Source of the DNA: Selaginella moellendorffii
Taxonomy: Eukaryota > Plantae > Lycopodiophyta
Length of the DNA: 64,000 nt
Assembly: GCF_000143415.4 (NCBI RefSeq)
Contig: NW_003314300.1
Location: forward strand, 780,825 to 844,824
Direction: 5' to 3'
Shown here: piece after piece, positions 26,785 to 39,030 of the stretch
Layout of the letters: the number at the start of each line of letters is the position of its first letter
How positions within the stretch are numbered: the first letter of the stretch is position 1
The notes under the pieces: generated by a model
The model's database searches: none
What the model was told of the DNA's origin: nothing
The model's input: only the letters and a program-made list of their open reading frames with translations
Made by a program: the position numbers and the translations under genes

Positions 26785-27135
26785 AGACTCCACCTCAGGC
26801 ACTTTGGTTGCCCAGGGGGCCACTGAAGTGCCTGAGGTGGCCGGCCAGAGCTCGACCTCAAGCACTTTAGGGGCTGGAGGCACCGAGGTTATTTGAATAA
26901 CCTTGGCCCCCTGGGCAGCCAAAGTGCCCGAGGTGGTCGGCCCGAGCTCAACCTCAGGCAGTTTGGCCACCCGAGGGGCCAAGGTTATTCAAATAACCTC
27001 GGCCCCTCGGCCGGCAAAACTGCCCGAGATGGCCGGCCTGCGCTAGACCTCGGGCAGTTTTGCTCGCCGAGGGGCTGAGGTTATTCAAATAACCTCGGCC
27101 CCTCGGCCCGCAAAACTGCCCGAGGTGGCCGGCCC
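26785..27135. repeat. 96-bp GC-rich palindromic tandem repeat (about 3.5 units) in intron 1
   Basis: The core GAGGTTATT-NN-AATAACCTC occurs at 26885, 26981 and 27077, exactly 96 bp apart. Confidence 0.85.
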
Positions 27136-27239
27136 TAAAGAAGCAAGAGGATAAAAATGGAAGTGGAAGCAATCAAATTAAAACTCACCCTTGGTGGCAT
27201 CTTTCCTTCCTGATTTCTTGATCGTGCTGGATTTCTTGT

Positions 27240-27515
27240 GCGCTCAATCTCTCCCGCTTGCGTGCTCAATCTCTCCTGCTCGGGCACTCAATCTCTCCCG
27301 CTCGGGCGCTCAATCTCTCCCGCTCAGGCGCTCAATCTCTCCTGCTCGCGCGCTCAATTTCTCCCGCTTGAGCGCTCAATCTCTCCAGCTCGCACGCTCA
27401 ATCTCTCCATCTCTTGCGTGCTCAATCGCTTGATCTCTTTCGTGCTCAATCCCTCGATCTCCTTCGTGCTCAATCCCTCGATCTCCTTCATGCTCAATCT
27501 CTCGATCTCTCGCGC
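27240..27515. repeat. ~22-bp tandem repeat (GCGCTCAATCTCTCCCGCT...), about 13 units, upstream of the ParB-MTase ATG
   Basis: Direct reading. Confidence 0.85.
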
Positions 27516-28651
27516 GCTCCACTCAAAGTGTGAACAGTAACCTAATCTTGGCAGCTACCCTAACCCTAATCTTGACAGCTGCCCTAACCCTAACTAATCT
27601 CTCATCCTGGCCATTCATTCCAAATAACCTAAATCTCAACCATCACAATATCTTTGATCTTATTTTATCTTATCATTATTATTATATGTAAATTATGCTT
27701 CTTTATTTTGTATATTTTAATGATGATATAACTAGCACCTATCAACATTTCTGTTATTAGAGATATGATATTATATTTTATAAATTATCTAGAAAGGATG
27801 CATTCTCATCAATATTTTGTACATATTTTGGAATCGTTACAATAACTTTAAAGAGTATAAATAAGGCATGTTAAATTATGTTGCACTATATCCATCTATA
27901 AATGGATGAATCCTCATCCAGAAATTTATTTTGTGTTGTATTAGATCCTAAACAATAGGCACGTGCTTTAAATGTCATTGAGCAATGTTCACAATTATGG
28001 ATAAAACTTGAGTTGTACTACGAATCAAATCTGTCAGTGAAGAATAAGATTTGACAAGATTTATTATCATCTACCACTTAAAATTTGACAACTTGACATA
28101 TCACACGTACTGACAGTCAAATTGGATCTCTTTTTTTGACATGCTATAGCAGAATGTCATTACTGATATCATTATTAACTATCAAACTTCACGTGCTGAA
28201 AATCCTTCCTTGGATCTATGTGTATACATGCATCAAACATCATAATAGATGACAGTAATATTAATACTGTCACACTTGAACATGATAAATTTGCTATAGA
28301 ATTTAAATTCATTTTGTACGTTGTCTTCTTATTACTCTATTTAAATTTCAATTATGTTTCACTATGGATTTTTACAAGTAGCATAAAGAGAGAGAACTCC
28401 AAAACCTATTGAGAAGGATGGAAAGGTTTCTTCTTCATTTTCAAGATCACCCACCTCTTTCATTCTTTCAGAGTATTGTTTCTAAAATTTTTTTATGTCA
28501 GCATTTTGATCTTTGTCTTGGCTCTATTTCTTTAAAGGTTGTGATTCGCAATGACATTGGTTTAGTTGCATACTCGGAGTTTCTTCTTTCTGGTGTGGGC
28601 GAGGGTGGACAACAATGGGATTTATAGAATTCCAAGTCGAAGGAGATTCGA

Positions 28652-31600
28652 GTGTTTGGATCTCCAGTCAAAGTGCCAAAATGCACTCTAGCCAATGTGA
28701 ATGTGAAGCAAGAGTCAGTCGTTATCCTCTTGTCCTCTTCTAGTTCAAGTGGAGAAGTCATGCTAGTGTCGGTGCCAAATTCACCAACTCTAGCTCCAGC
28801 TCTAGCTCTAGCTCCAACTTCAACAATATTAAGCCATTAGCAATGCTTTCCAGTTTTCATGCCTCTCAATCAACGTGCACTTGTTTTTGTATAGGCTTGT
28901 TAGTGAGCTTCTATCCTCCTACAACGGCAACATTTTCTTCGAGCTACCACCTCTTGTCAGCAACACAGGTTCCAAATGGAAGGGGATGGAAACCAAGCAG
29001 GATGTCCACAATTGGTGCAAGATCAACACCACACACTTCCAACATTTTGAAGGCACAGTGTCTATAGTTCATTATGGCGTAGATTGTGTGGATGAAGCAT
29101 GCAATCGAGACTGCTGTAAAAACTCTATATTTTTCGAAGGGTCTGCAGTCAATCCCCCAGCCTGTGACACCATTGCTGTTGGATTCAAGTGTCAATTCTG
29201 CAAAAATGCTCCTCTATGTCATGCTATCTACGAGGCCAAGATGTATTACTTCTTCCACGGGATGGAATGGCTGGAAGAGCTGTAGTGCATGTTGGCACAC
29301 ACATACATCCAATGCAGGAAGGGATACAAAGGAGTTCTTTCAACCATTTCAAAAATGTTGTGCAGCAAGAGACTATGAAAAACTCATCTGCAACTCCGAA
29401 GCATATTCAGAAGACCGTCCTCAAGGATTTTATCATAAACACCTTACTCAATCCAGGTTGCTAAAAGACTCAACTAAACGAGGCTAGCTTATGGGACTTA
29501 CTACGAGGAGTACAACCTGCTACTAGCCTAAGGAGGTACATTTGTTATATTTCATATGTTATAATAATAATTTTTTCTTACATTATATTGTTTAGGATAA
29601 AATCTTGGATGTGTGAATCTCAAGAGGGGAAGTTGCAATAAAAAATTGACTCCATCCTTGAATTGAAATAGACCTGTCCATACAAGTTCATCCACGGAAG
29701 TTTGTTTCCAAACCAAGTTGTGAATGAGCAAGAGCGCCCCTTCGTCTTCAAAATGTCTACCATGGGCCCTGCCTTTAGTGTAGATCTTGTCTCCTGAATG
29801 GACATGTTTGGGTCTAGTGACCTTGCAAATGTATGGGTACATTTTGACCATATGGAGCGTGTATCGGGTTGGACAACCATGGGAGCTCATGTATATGATC
29901 CAAGGTAATTTTTATTCTTATTATATTGAAATTGTTGTAATATTTGTGTTTTCATAGGCTACATTGTAACTTAACAATTGCGACAACAGAGTTTAAAGTA
30001 CAAAACCAAATAGCACAGGAAATATTTTGGAAGTCCCTCTCCGATATTGTCCTAAAGCGGACTGGTAAGCCTGCAAACTTTCGTGGTTTCATGGCAAATG
30101 GGGCTGGTGCAAACTGGAATGGTGTCCGAGCAGTTTTTGGGAATGGTTAGCCATTAGAAGGTCGTGAGAGGACTTGTGAGTTCCATTGGACTCAAAGCCT
30201 AAACTAGCACTGCCACCTTATCAAGCCAGAGTTTCAACCAATATTTAAGGAGTTGTGCAAACAATGGTAGGTTACACCTTCTGAAGAAGAGCATGAGGCA
30301 AAAGCAAATGAGATCTGAATGTGGTGGCGTGAAGATGGCCATACAGACGTAAGTTGCCTACCACAACTTGAGTCATGGTTAGGGTGGTGGGAAGTTAGGA
30401 TGTTCCAGTGGGGACATCACTCTTTTCAAGTTGGTTTCTATTTTTTCTTCTCTTTTTATTACTTTTTAATATTGCATTTTCCATTAGGATCAACCACTTG
30501 AGGACCTCACATACACCCCAACTGTGAATCTCTCTGAAAGTAAGCACTGGAGTTGGTGTTCCTCTGAGGCAGGGAAAGGGAAGATGAGTCTATACGAAGC
30601 TTGTCTATCAGATTTGATACGTGCTATAGAGCAATCTTCAAAAGCATTGGCATTCAAGGAAGGAAGATACATGGGAACAGGGCCTTCTATTAAGATGTTA
30701 CATGATAGGATGAAGAGAAAATTAACTCCACCCGCCCGAACAGTGGCAACTGCAGTTGAGGAAGTGGTCCGTGGCACATCTATGGAGTACACTCCCCGAG
30801 CTTCTATTGGTGATATGAAGACTGTCCACTCAAAGCGTCATTTTTCCTTTGCTGGGGAAGATGTTGGTATGGACCTTGGAGCGAAAAGCTCTCACAGGCT
30901 TGATGTTGAGTACCATTTTGCTCCAAGACACCACTCTCAGACTGAGCCACCTCAAGTGGCTGATGAAGAGAGTGCATCGCAACAGGTTGAAATTGCTTAC
31001 CGTAGTGTGGAGCCGAAGCAATGGGCAATTCGACACATGCTAGCAAAATTGAATGTAAGGTGTGTGGGGATGCTTCCGAGGGGCAAGTGTTGGGCCTAGA
31101 TTCGTGGTGACAAATCTGCTTCTGTTCTAGCCCCATGTTTCTATGGGGAACGAAAGCAAGCAGAATTTTCGAGATAGTGCTGGCTATATTGTTGCAACAC
31201 TGATGCCAACCATATGATGCGGCTTGAAAACACTATAGTGACTAAACCTGATGCAATACCTAAAAAATGGCCGGTTGCTAATGGGGTCGTGCTCACCTCG
31301 GAGGAGATTGAAAACCTTGAGAAATCTGGTTTCAATCTTGAGAGGAGAGTTGGAGATATAAGTGACAGAACCAGGACTATTCCTACAGAGATGTATAGGA
31401 GGCCAGCACGAAAAGGTAAGGCAGTTAAATTTATTGGTACCGTCTCCAAGCAGAAGCAAGGTAAAATAAACTTGGCTCAAACACTTGAGTGTGAGATTCT
31501 CTCCACGAAGTACATCACTGCGCTTGCAAAGGAGTACATAGTCAAAACAGAAGGTGGAGAGTACACAATTGCCATTTACAACATTCCTTTTTGCACATGT

Positions 31601-31765
31601 CCAAACTTTACGAAACGCGAGGAACATGGGAAGGCATATGCTCCTTGCAAGCATATGTACTACATCTTCATCAACATCTTGCACTAGGATCCTAAAGTGG
31701 ATATTCATATACACCAAGCAAGCCTTACTATTGCTGAGTTGCAGAAAACTTTTGGAGCTAACTAG
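28652..31765 (+). pseudogene. Mutator/MULE-like DDE transposase with N-terminal GCM-like zinc domain and C-terminal SWIM finger; intron-containing and disrupted
   Basis: Cys/His domain (C..C...CQFC...C...VHVGTHIHP). WVHFDH (D1), GFMANGAGANWNGV (D2, GAT>AAT), RTCEFHW (CxxH), TVNLSESKH (E). SWIM CTCPNF...PCKHMYYIF. The 5' limit is approximate. Confidence 0.75.
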
Positions 31766-32826
31766 ATTTCTCCAACACTATCGATGTTTATTCTCTATCA
31801 ATAAAACTTATTATACTTTATATAATTAATAAAAATGTGCTTTTTCATTTCACTTTTCATTTTATATGCTTCCAAGTGTTCTTTTCGCAATACTACCTAT
31901 AGTACTCGTGTGTCTCCATTTCTGTCTTTACCATCTCAAAAAAGATTTCATGGTAGTCTTTCGGGTGCGTGATGTTGCAGTGTGTCGCGAGAGCATATAT
32001 ACTATCATATTAATTATTGCTATTATTTCCACCAGACGCTAGAAAACATATGGGGCATTTCTTGAAAGTGGCAGAATTGCACTCAGTCAGTAAAAGGGCA
32101 TTCTTTTTCACCCAATTTGTTGCACCCTTTGTCATTGCATTTATCTCCAACTCATGATCACTATCCTCACTATCCTCTCTTTCATTCTCTTGTGTGGTTT
32201 GGTTATGCTATGCAATGGGATAGTTATTGCATCTTCTAGCCCTTGAACCCTGGGAAGAAAGATTGTGAGAATTAAAATTACCAACACTAGAACCTATAGA
32301 CATTTGTGTGTATTTCCCTTTTTTCAAATGAGAGTGTGAATGAAGATTTCTAAATTCTAGACAGTATGCTATGACAAACCCCTCAAAAATGCATTCTAGA
32401 AAGAATCAAGTCCTTCTTTCATATGCAATAAGCTTACATCAATGGTTATTTTTTTCCCTTTCATAGAATCTTATTTCAAATTTAATAATTTTTTAAGTCT
32501 GACAAGCCTGACATTTACTAGCCAAAAAGCACAGAGTCAAATTTAAAGAAGTTACAAGAATACTTTTTTTGAAAACATTTTATTTTATGTTCTAACAAAT
32601 GTCCCTATCATTGTATGTAGTAAATATTTAAAATATTAGAACAAGAAGTGTCCTTTAGAACATTTTTATCTATATAATATATAGAGAACTATGAAATTAT
32701 TAGGTTCGCCATAACCTTAAAATTTCAAAGTTTATAATGTTTGTACTAAATTACAATTGAAAATTGAGCTCAACTCGTGAGCTCAACTCTTCAACTCATG
32801 AGCTCAAGTATGGTCCGCACCCCTAG

Positions 32827-35800
32827 GGAACTCTAGATGCAGAGGCTTTAGTGGCTATTCCGATGGTTTTGCATGATGTGGGTCTTCGATGGTGGAATTG
32901 GCTTGAGGAGTCTCGTGTTGTGGATAAGAAACCACTAGTGTCTACCATGGATGAGTTTGAGGCTATTTTCTATTTACGTTTTGCCCCTCATTACGACGTG
33001 GAGAATGCTCGTACAGAACTTCGACATTTCCAGCAAGGGAAATGACACTCGAGGACTATATTGAGAAGCTTACTCGCTTGATTAGTCATGTTCCAACGAA
33101 GGATCTAGATCAGAACAAGTCCTACTTCATTGATGGCTTACATAGTGAGAGCATGCGGCAACACTTGCGTCATTCTCAGCCTATAAAGAGTTTGGAAGAG
33201 CTCTTTGATGCGGCTCGTCGACTTGACAATGACAAGCACAAGTCTCGCAAGCGTTCGCGGAGTCCTTCTGTCAAGAATCGTCGTGATGATCGCCGTGGAC
33301 ACAAGGATGGGAACAAGTATCACAAGTTGAAGTCGGTGGTGACTACTTCAGATGCAAAGGGGTCCAAGAAGCAGAAGTTCTTTGTGAAGAATTATAGACA
33401 GGGTTGTCATCATTGCGGCGAACTCGGACACTACAAGGCTGATTGTCTGCAGTTGAAGAATAAGCAGCAAGATAAGAAGAATGGCCAATCTTCTTCTCAC
33501 GGTAAGTCAGATACTAAAAAGTTGCAAACTTTGCAGCGTGAGGATGACGAAAACAACTATTTTGGTTGGAGGAAGAGACTTTCGATCGTTGCTCATCAGC
33601 TCAATTGTGTGTGGAACAAAATGGAGCTCGAGGATACACGTGAATCAGCTTTAATGCTGAAGGGCGTATTCCGTGGCAATCCAGTGCGGATTTTACTAGA
33701 TAGTGGGAGTGATGACAACTTTGTTTCGGCAAAGTTTGTTGCGGAGCATGGCCTGGTCACATGCGGAGTTCTTCCATACACAGTGAAAGGTGCAGTTACC
33801 TCTACTCAACATTTCGATGCTTGTGTCGAGGGGTTGGAAGTGTTAGTTGGCAAAACCACACTTGTGGAGACTTTTTATCTTGCAGATATCCATCTTGTGG
33901 ATCTCATTTTTGGGATGCCATGGTTGGTGAAGGTGGATCCGGAGATAAAGTGGAGTATTAAGCGTATCTCGCTAAAGTATGGTGGCGTTAAAGATGTGTG
34001 GTTTGGCGAGGGAGTTTAGCCACCAGTTGGTATGCTCTCTGCTACATCTTTGAAGCGGGCTTATTGTAATGGAAAAGCACTTTCGAGTTACTTGCTATTT
34101 ATTTATGACTTGGGGACCAAGGCACGTGTGGGGGAGAAGCAGCAGTACGGGATGTACTTGATGAGTTTTTTGATGTTTTTCCATCTGAACTTCCTCATGG
34201 ATTGCCTCCGTTACGAGGTGTGGAGCATGGGATTACATTGGAGTTGGGGATGCGGCCAATTTACCGGCATCCATTTTGGTTAATTTATGCGGAGGAGCAA
34301 GAAGTTCAATGACAAGTCAAAGAGTTACTTGAGTTTGGATTTATTCAGCCAAGTAAGTCTCCGTTTGGTGCTCCGGTTTTGCTTGTGAAGAAGAAGGACA
34401 GTTCAATGCGAATGTGTATTGACTACCGCGCTTTGAACAAGAAGACAGTGAAGGATAAGATGCCGATGCCACGTGTGGATGATATCCTAGACAAGCTTGG
34501 TGAAGCACGAGTGTTTACCAAGATTGATCTAAGGAGTGGATATCATCAGATTGCAATGGATGATGCATCTATCTCCAAGACGGCATTCAACATAAGCTTC
34601 AGACATTTTGAGTTTACAGTTATACCATTTGGTTTGACGAGTGCACCAGCCACATTTACTCGGTTGATGATTGAGGTATTTAGGCGTTATCTTCATGAGT
34701 TTGTGGAGATTTTCCTGGACGATATTCTTGTTTTAAGCAAGAATATGGAGGAGTATAAGGTGCATTTGCGCAAGGTTCTTTTGTTACTCCGAGACAGCAA
34801 ACTTTATGCGAAGAAGAGCAAATGTGAATTTGCAAAGTCAGAGGTGGAATATCTAAGCCATATTATGACATCTAAGGGTGTTAAGACAGATCCAAGGAAG
34901 GTGGTTGTGGTGGAAAATTGGCCTACACCGACTACAGTGGTTGAGTTGCACAATTTTCTTGGTATGGCTAATTACTACCAACGTTTCTAGTATAAGTTTG
35001 CAGAGGTGGCTATTCCTTTGACGGTTGTTATGCAAAAATGTGCCATTTGAGTGGAAGAAGCCACAAGAGGAGAGTTTTGTGGTGCTGAAATGATTGTTGA
35101 GCGAGCCTCCAATGCTTCGCATTGCTAATTCATCAAAACCTTATGAGGTGACATGCGATGCGAGTGGTTATGCACTGGGAGGAGTTCTCATGCAAGAGGG
35201 ACAGCCTATTGCATATGAGAGTCGAATTTTGAATTTCGCAGAGCAATGCTATTCCACATATGAGCAAGAGTTACTCTCTATTGTTCATGTTTTGCAGACG
35301 TGGCGGCACCATCTTTATGGTGTAGTGTTCGTAGTGTTGACAGATCACAAACCACTTATGTATCTTTTCACATAGAAGGAGTTGAACACTAGGCAAGTTC
35401 GTTGGATGGTCAAACTCATGGAGTTTGGGGAGTTTCCTATTGAGCATCGTTCAGGAAAATTCAATGTGGTGGCAGATGCTTTATCTCGTGTTTATCATGT
35501 GGCGACGTTACAAACATGATTTTGTCATCATTTGAATAAGGTGGTCAATGATCCTTTAATCTCTATTGGGCAATTGGTTGAGCATGCTCAGGCTCAGGAT
35601 GCTGAGGTGGCCTCTTTGCGAGACCAGATGGAAGCCCCTTTCTCATTGGTGGATGGGATTCTCTACTACAATGGCCGTGTATATTTGCCACGGGTGGATG
35701 TGTTAATTACTCAAGTTTTATTCCACTATCATGATCATCTAGAGGCCGGTCATTTTGGGGGGAAGAAGATGTATGAGTTGATTAAGCAAACTTTTATTGG

Positions 35801-35850
35801 AGGAATATGAAAGTTGATATCCTCAAGTATTGTAAATTATGAGCTTTATC
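32827..35850 (+). mobile_element. Decayed Ty3/gypsy gag-pol, 5'-truncated and broken at the integrase zinc finger
   Basis: Gag, CHHCGELGHYKADC, protease LLDSGS, RT ([26 protein letters not shown]), RNase H (CDASGYALGGVL, LTDHKPL) and HDHLEAGHFG. Confidence 0.9.
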
Positions 35851-36019
35851 AGCATGAGGATGACGAAAACGACCATTCCAGTCAGAGGAAAAGACTTTCG
35901 ATCGTTGCTCGTTAGCTCAACTATGTGTGGAATAAGATGGAGCTCGAGAATATACATGAATCAGCTTTAATGCTGGAGGGCGTGTTCTGTGGCGATCCAA
36001 TGCAAATTTTACTGGATAG

Positions 36020-36670
36020 GTAGGATCTTATCCCTTACACCCTAAGCCAACTGGCTAAAGGGGTGATCACTTGGTCAGGTCCTATTATCCTGACCTGATG
36101 CCTAATAATCCTCCCCCTCGCTCGAGGATATGCATGAATCAGCTTTAATGCTGGAGGGCGTGTTCCATGGCGATCCAGTGTGGATTTTACTGGATAGGTA
36201 GGATCTTATCCCTTACACCCTAAGCCAACTGGCTAAAAGGGTGATCACTTGGTCAAGTCCTATTATCTTGACCTGGTGCCTAACAATCCTCCCCCTCGTC
36301 AGTCGGGGAACAATCCTCCCCCTCGTCAGTCAGGGAATGATCATTTGCAATCATACTTAGGCCACCCTCTAGTCACCATGGTCCTTCTTTTAGGGTCTAC
36401 CTTCCTCCCCCTCGTCAATCAGGGAATGATCGTCCGCGATCATACTTAAGCCACCCTCCGGTCACCATGGTATCGAAGCCCAGTTCGATTCTCATGGTTG
36501 ATAAGTGGGGCAAGAATATTCTAAAGGAATATTTAACATGGTGGATCTAGAGGGAGAACCAAAGTTTAGTAAACCCTAAGAGAAGGATCATTGTTAGAAT
36601 CTTATCCCTTACACCCTAAGCCAATTGGCTAAAGGGGTGATCATTTGATTGCAGGGCCCTTTCCTTAACA
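36020..36670 (+). mobile_element. Rearranged short-LTR TRIM remnants (intact ~79-bp LTR at 36592-36670; PBS-like TGGTATCGAAGCC at 36468)
   Basis: Three copies of ATCTTATCCCTTACACCCTAAGCCAA(C/T)TGGCTAAA. TGTTAG...TTAACA termini on the last copy. Confidence 0.55.
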
Positions 36671-36679
36671 AAGCACCAA

Positions 36680-38200
36680 ATCAAGCAAAACGTCGAAGCA
36701 ACTAGGGATGTGGAATAAGCTGAACAAGCTATTGCAATTGCAAGTGGTGATATAGAGAAGCTGCTAGATTTCTTCAGGTGATACATCTATCCACTAGATG
36801 ATCCAGGTGTTCCAAAGTTCCTGGAGGATTTAGACAAACAGTTCATCCAGTACAATGCCAAGAGAGTCGCAGTCAAGAAGCAAAAGCTGGAGTTGGAGTT
36901 GCAAATGGTCTTGGGATCTGTCGAATCTCTTGATCTGACTGCCCCCTATAGACGACAAGTCTAGCCTCAGCCGGGTAAACTCAACAAGGGTGGAGAGGAA
37001 GCAGCTGGAATGCAGCGAGGAATTCGACCACATGGGCTTTCCTGATCTTCCTTTCTCTCGTCTCTTTGCGGAAGCTTTTGTAAGAGATTTGAAAGCGGCC
37101 AGGGTATTGGTGCAGCGGGTAACCAACGAGATGGATGACGACCTGAAGAAGGACTCATACGCACGACAGGTCCGCTTTCTCCTCAGCTACGCCAAGGCAA
37201 TTGCACGCTCACAGAATGTGCCCATACAAATCACAGTGGTCAATTCGCTGTCAGGCGAAACAACATGTCGCTTGGTCAGTATTACAGAATCCCAGATGGA
37301 TTTTTCCATATAGGTGCCAGATTGAACGCCGCAGAGCAGAAGACTGAGAACTCACGTTCTCTTTTGAAAGTAGAAGAGGCTCGAGGGCAGTTGGTAGTCA
37401 CAGGCAATTTCCTGTTTCTGGACCGAAGCAAGTATCACGGAGTTGAGGGAAGGTACGGGGGATTGGAAACAGTGTGTGTATCAAGCACACGAGTACGACA
37501 GGAGACCTCAGACAGTAGACAAACCTTTGCTTCCGTTGGAGGACGGCCTGGCGATCTTTTTACCATCAACATGGACATGCCCGCTGTCCAGTGGATAGGG
37601 GCAACCCTTGACAGGCAAATATTGGAAGAAGGAGGACTCAGAGCTGTGGGCGGCGTTTCCAGGGATCCTTTTTCTCGTCACAATCTCGGGCTGAAAGCCA
37701 GCAGCGGCTAGTTTTTTGAAATTCCAGTGCAAAGCCGAATGGATGAGAAGATGACGGTTGCCGTGACAGACTGCAGTACACACAGAGACTAGTCTGGCTT
37801 TCAGAGTTTCATGGGGAGGCCAGGACTGGTGGCTGAAGGTTGGGCCAGACGTGCAACGCCGGGCCGAGGCGCTCCAGACATTAGAGCAGGAGTGGATATG
37901 GGAGAGATGGTTTCAAATGGAACGGGATATGTTTTCAGAGCTCAACTTGGAGAGACAGGTTCTTTTCCGGTGATGGTGGAGGCTCAAGGCTTAGGCCAGC
38001 GATGCTTGTCAAGGATGTGGGGGAGTGGAAAGACTTGCTCTTTTGCTGCCTGGAAATTCTCAACGAGAATTCGCTGCCGTGGAGCAAGGCTGCGGAGAGC
38101 GGGAGCGACGACGAGTTCTCGAACTCAGGCGGCATGGTGGCAAAAAGCAATGGTCACCTCTACGAGCCTTTGCTTGCGCACCTCAAATGGTATGTATGGT
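36680..38200 (+). pseudogene. Disrupted Crinkler-like gene: helical header + PD-(D/E)XK nuclease-like domain + possible degenerate kinase N-lobe
   Basis: RIPDGFFHIGARLNAAEQKTENSRSLLKVEEARGQL has PD, ExK and AxxQ in order. A later MGEMVSNGTGYVFRAQL resembles a kinase Gly-loop. Stops and frameshifts are present. Confidence 0.4.
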
Positions 38201-38983
38201 TTTCTTTTGTCTCTGAATTACGTGCTGGCAGGGCTGGGCATCCCTTGATCACAGATAACACACTCAACTTGTCTCTTCACACTAAAGTGGATAATCTTCA
38301 GCTTCTCATCTGCCGAAAGTATCATTATTCAGATTCAGTTTATAGGATGACAACGGTACTTTTCTCATTCAGCAAAGTGGAGGCAGAGCACAGTGAGACC
38401 ACCATCAACTCCAGCAATGGTTTTTGGTTTTACCTCTCTCTCAAATCTCAGCCTCTCTTTTGTGTTTGGCTCTAGTTGTTTGCAAGTATCAAAAGTAGAG
38501 TTACTGTTGTAATTAATACTAGCAAGGAATCCAAGTTGGCTGGCCTAAATAAGTATTTAAAGATGGAATAGCATCATAAAAAAAAAACAGACATACAATA
38601 TAATATATAATTAAGATTGCATTTCCATTCTAGTAGGGGTTTAAACCTTAACTAATATATCTTATTTCTTAGTTTAATCCACTTTATTATATTCCTAATG
38701 TTTCTTCCTTATATTTTCTTCTTTTGGTATGTTAATCATTTATGAATTTTATAATTTTCATTTTTAATTCAGTATTGAGTTGAGTTTTTTCTATCTTCCT
38801 TATACTAATCTAAATGTCGAGCATGTATGTAAAGTTAGAGAATTTTATTTTTGTTTTGTTGATAGTATTCCCCTATTCTAGGGTTAAGTCATTTTTTCCA
38901 TAAATGCATGTCCCTAATTATAAGTGTTATTGAGAATCTTTACTTTACTGTTACTGTTAAGAAGTTTATGTGTTCCTTTGAGT

Positions 38984-39030
38984 GTATGTATGTATATATA
39001 TATGTATGTATGTATATATATATCTATATA
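38984..39030. repeat. (TATG)n/(TA)n microsatellite
   Basis: Direct reading. Confidence 0.8.

Larger units (their letters stand above)
23079..27200 (-). pseudogene. Spliced gene encoding NLS + Pro-rich tract + ParB/Srx-like domain + beta-class N6-adenine/N4-cytosine DNA methyltransferase; disrupted by stops
   Basis: Exon 1 MPPR (27200-27189) splices in phase to KRKIV (26698). FHIIDSNHQYGAW resembles ParB DGNHR. ADFILFDFPDG resembles motif IV D-P-P-Y. It is followed by YQFRTPLAMQVLLELYCPSDGVVIDCTAGSGFIVEAAYDSGRSVFSIEE (motifs X, I and II). Confidence 0.75.

Noticed and set aside
26785-27515. CRISPR-like array (palindromic repeats at regular spacing)
   Set aside because: The intervening sequences are repeated rather than unique spacers, there are no cas genes, and the context is eukaryotic.
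27538-27595. Telomere-like CCCTAA motifs
   Set aside because: Only a few dispersed units, consistent with promoter telo-box-like motifs rather than a telomeric array.
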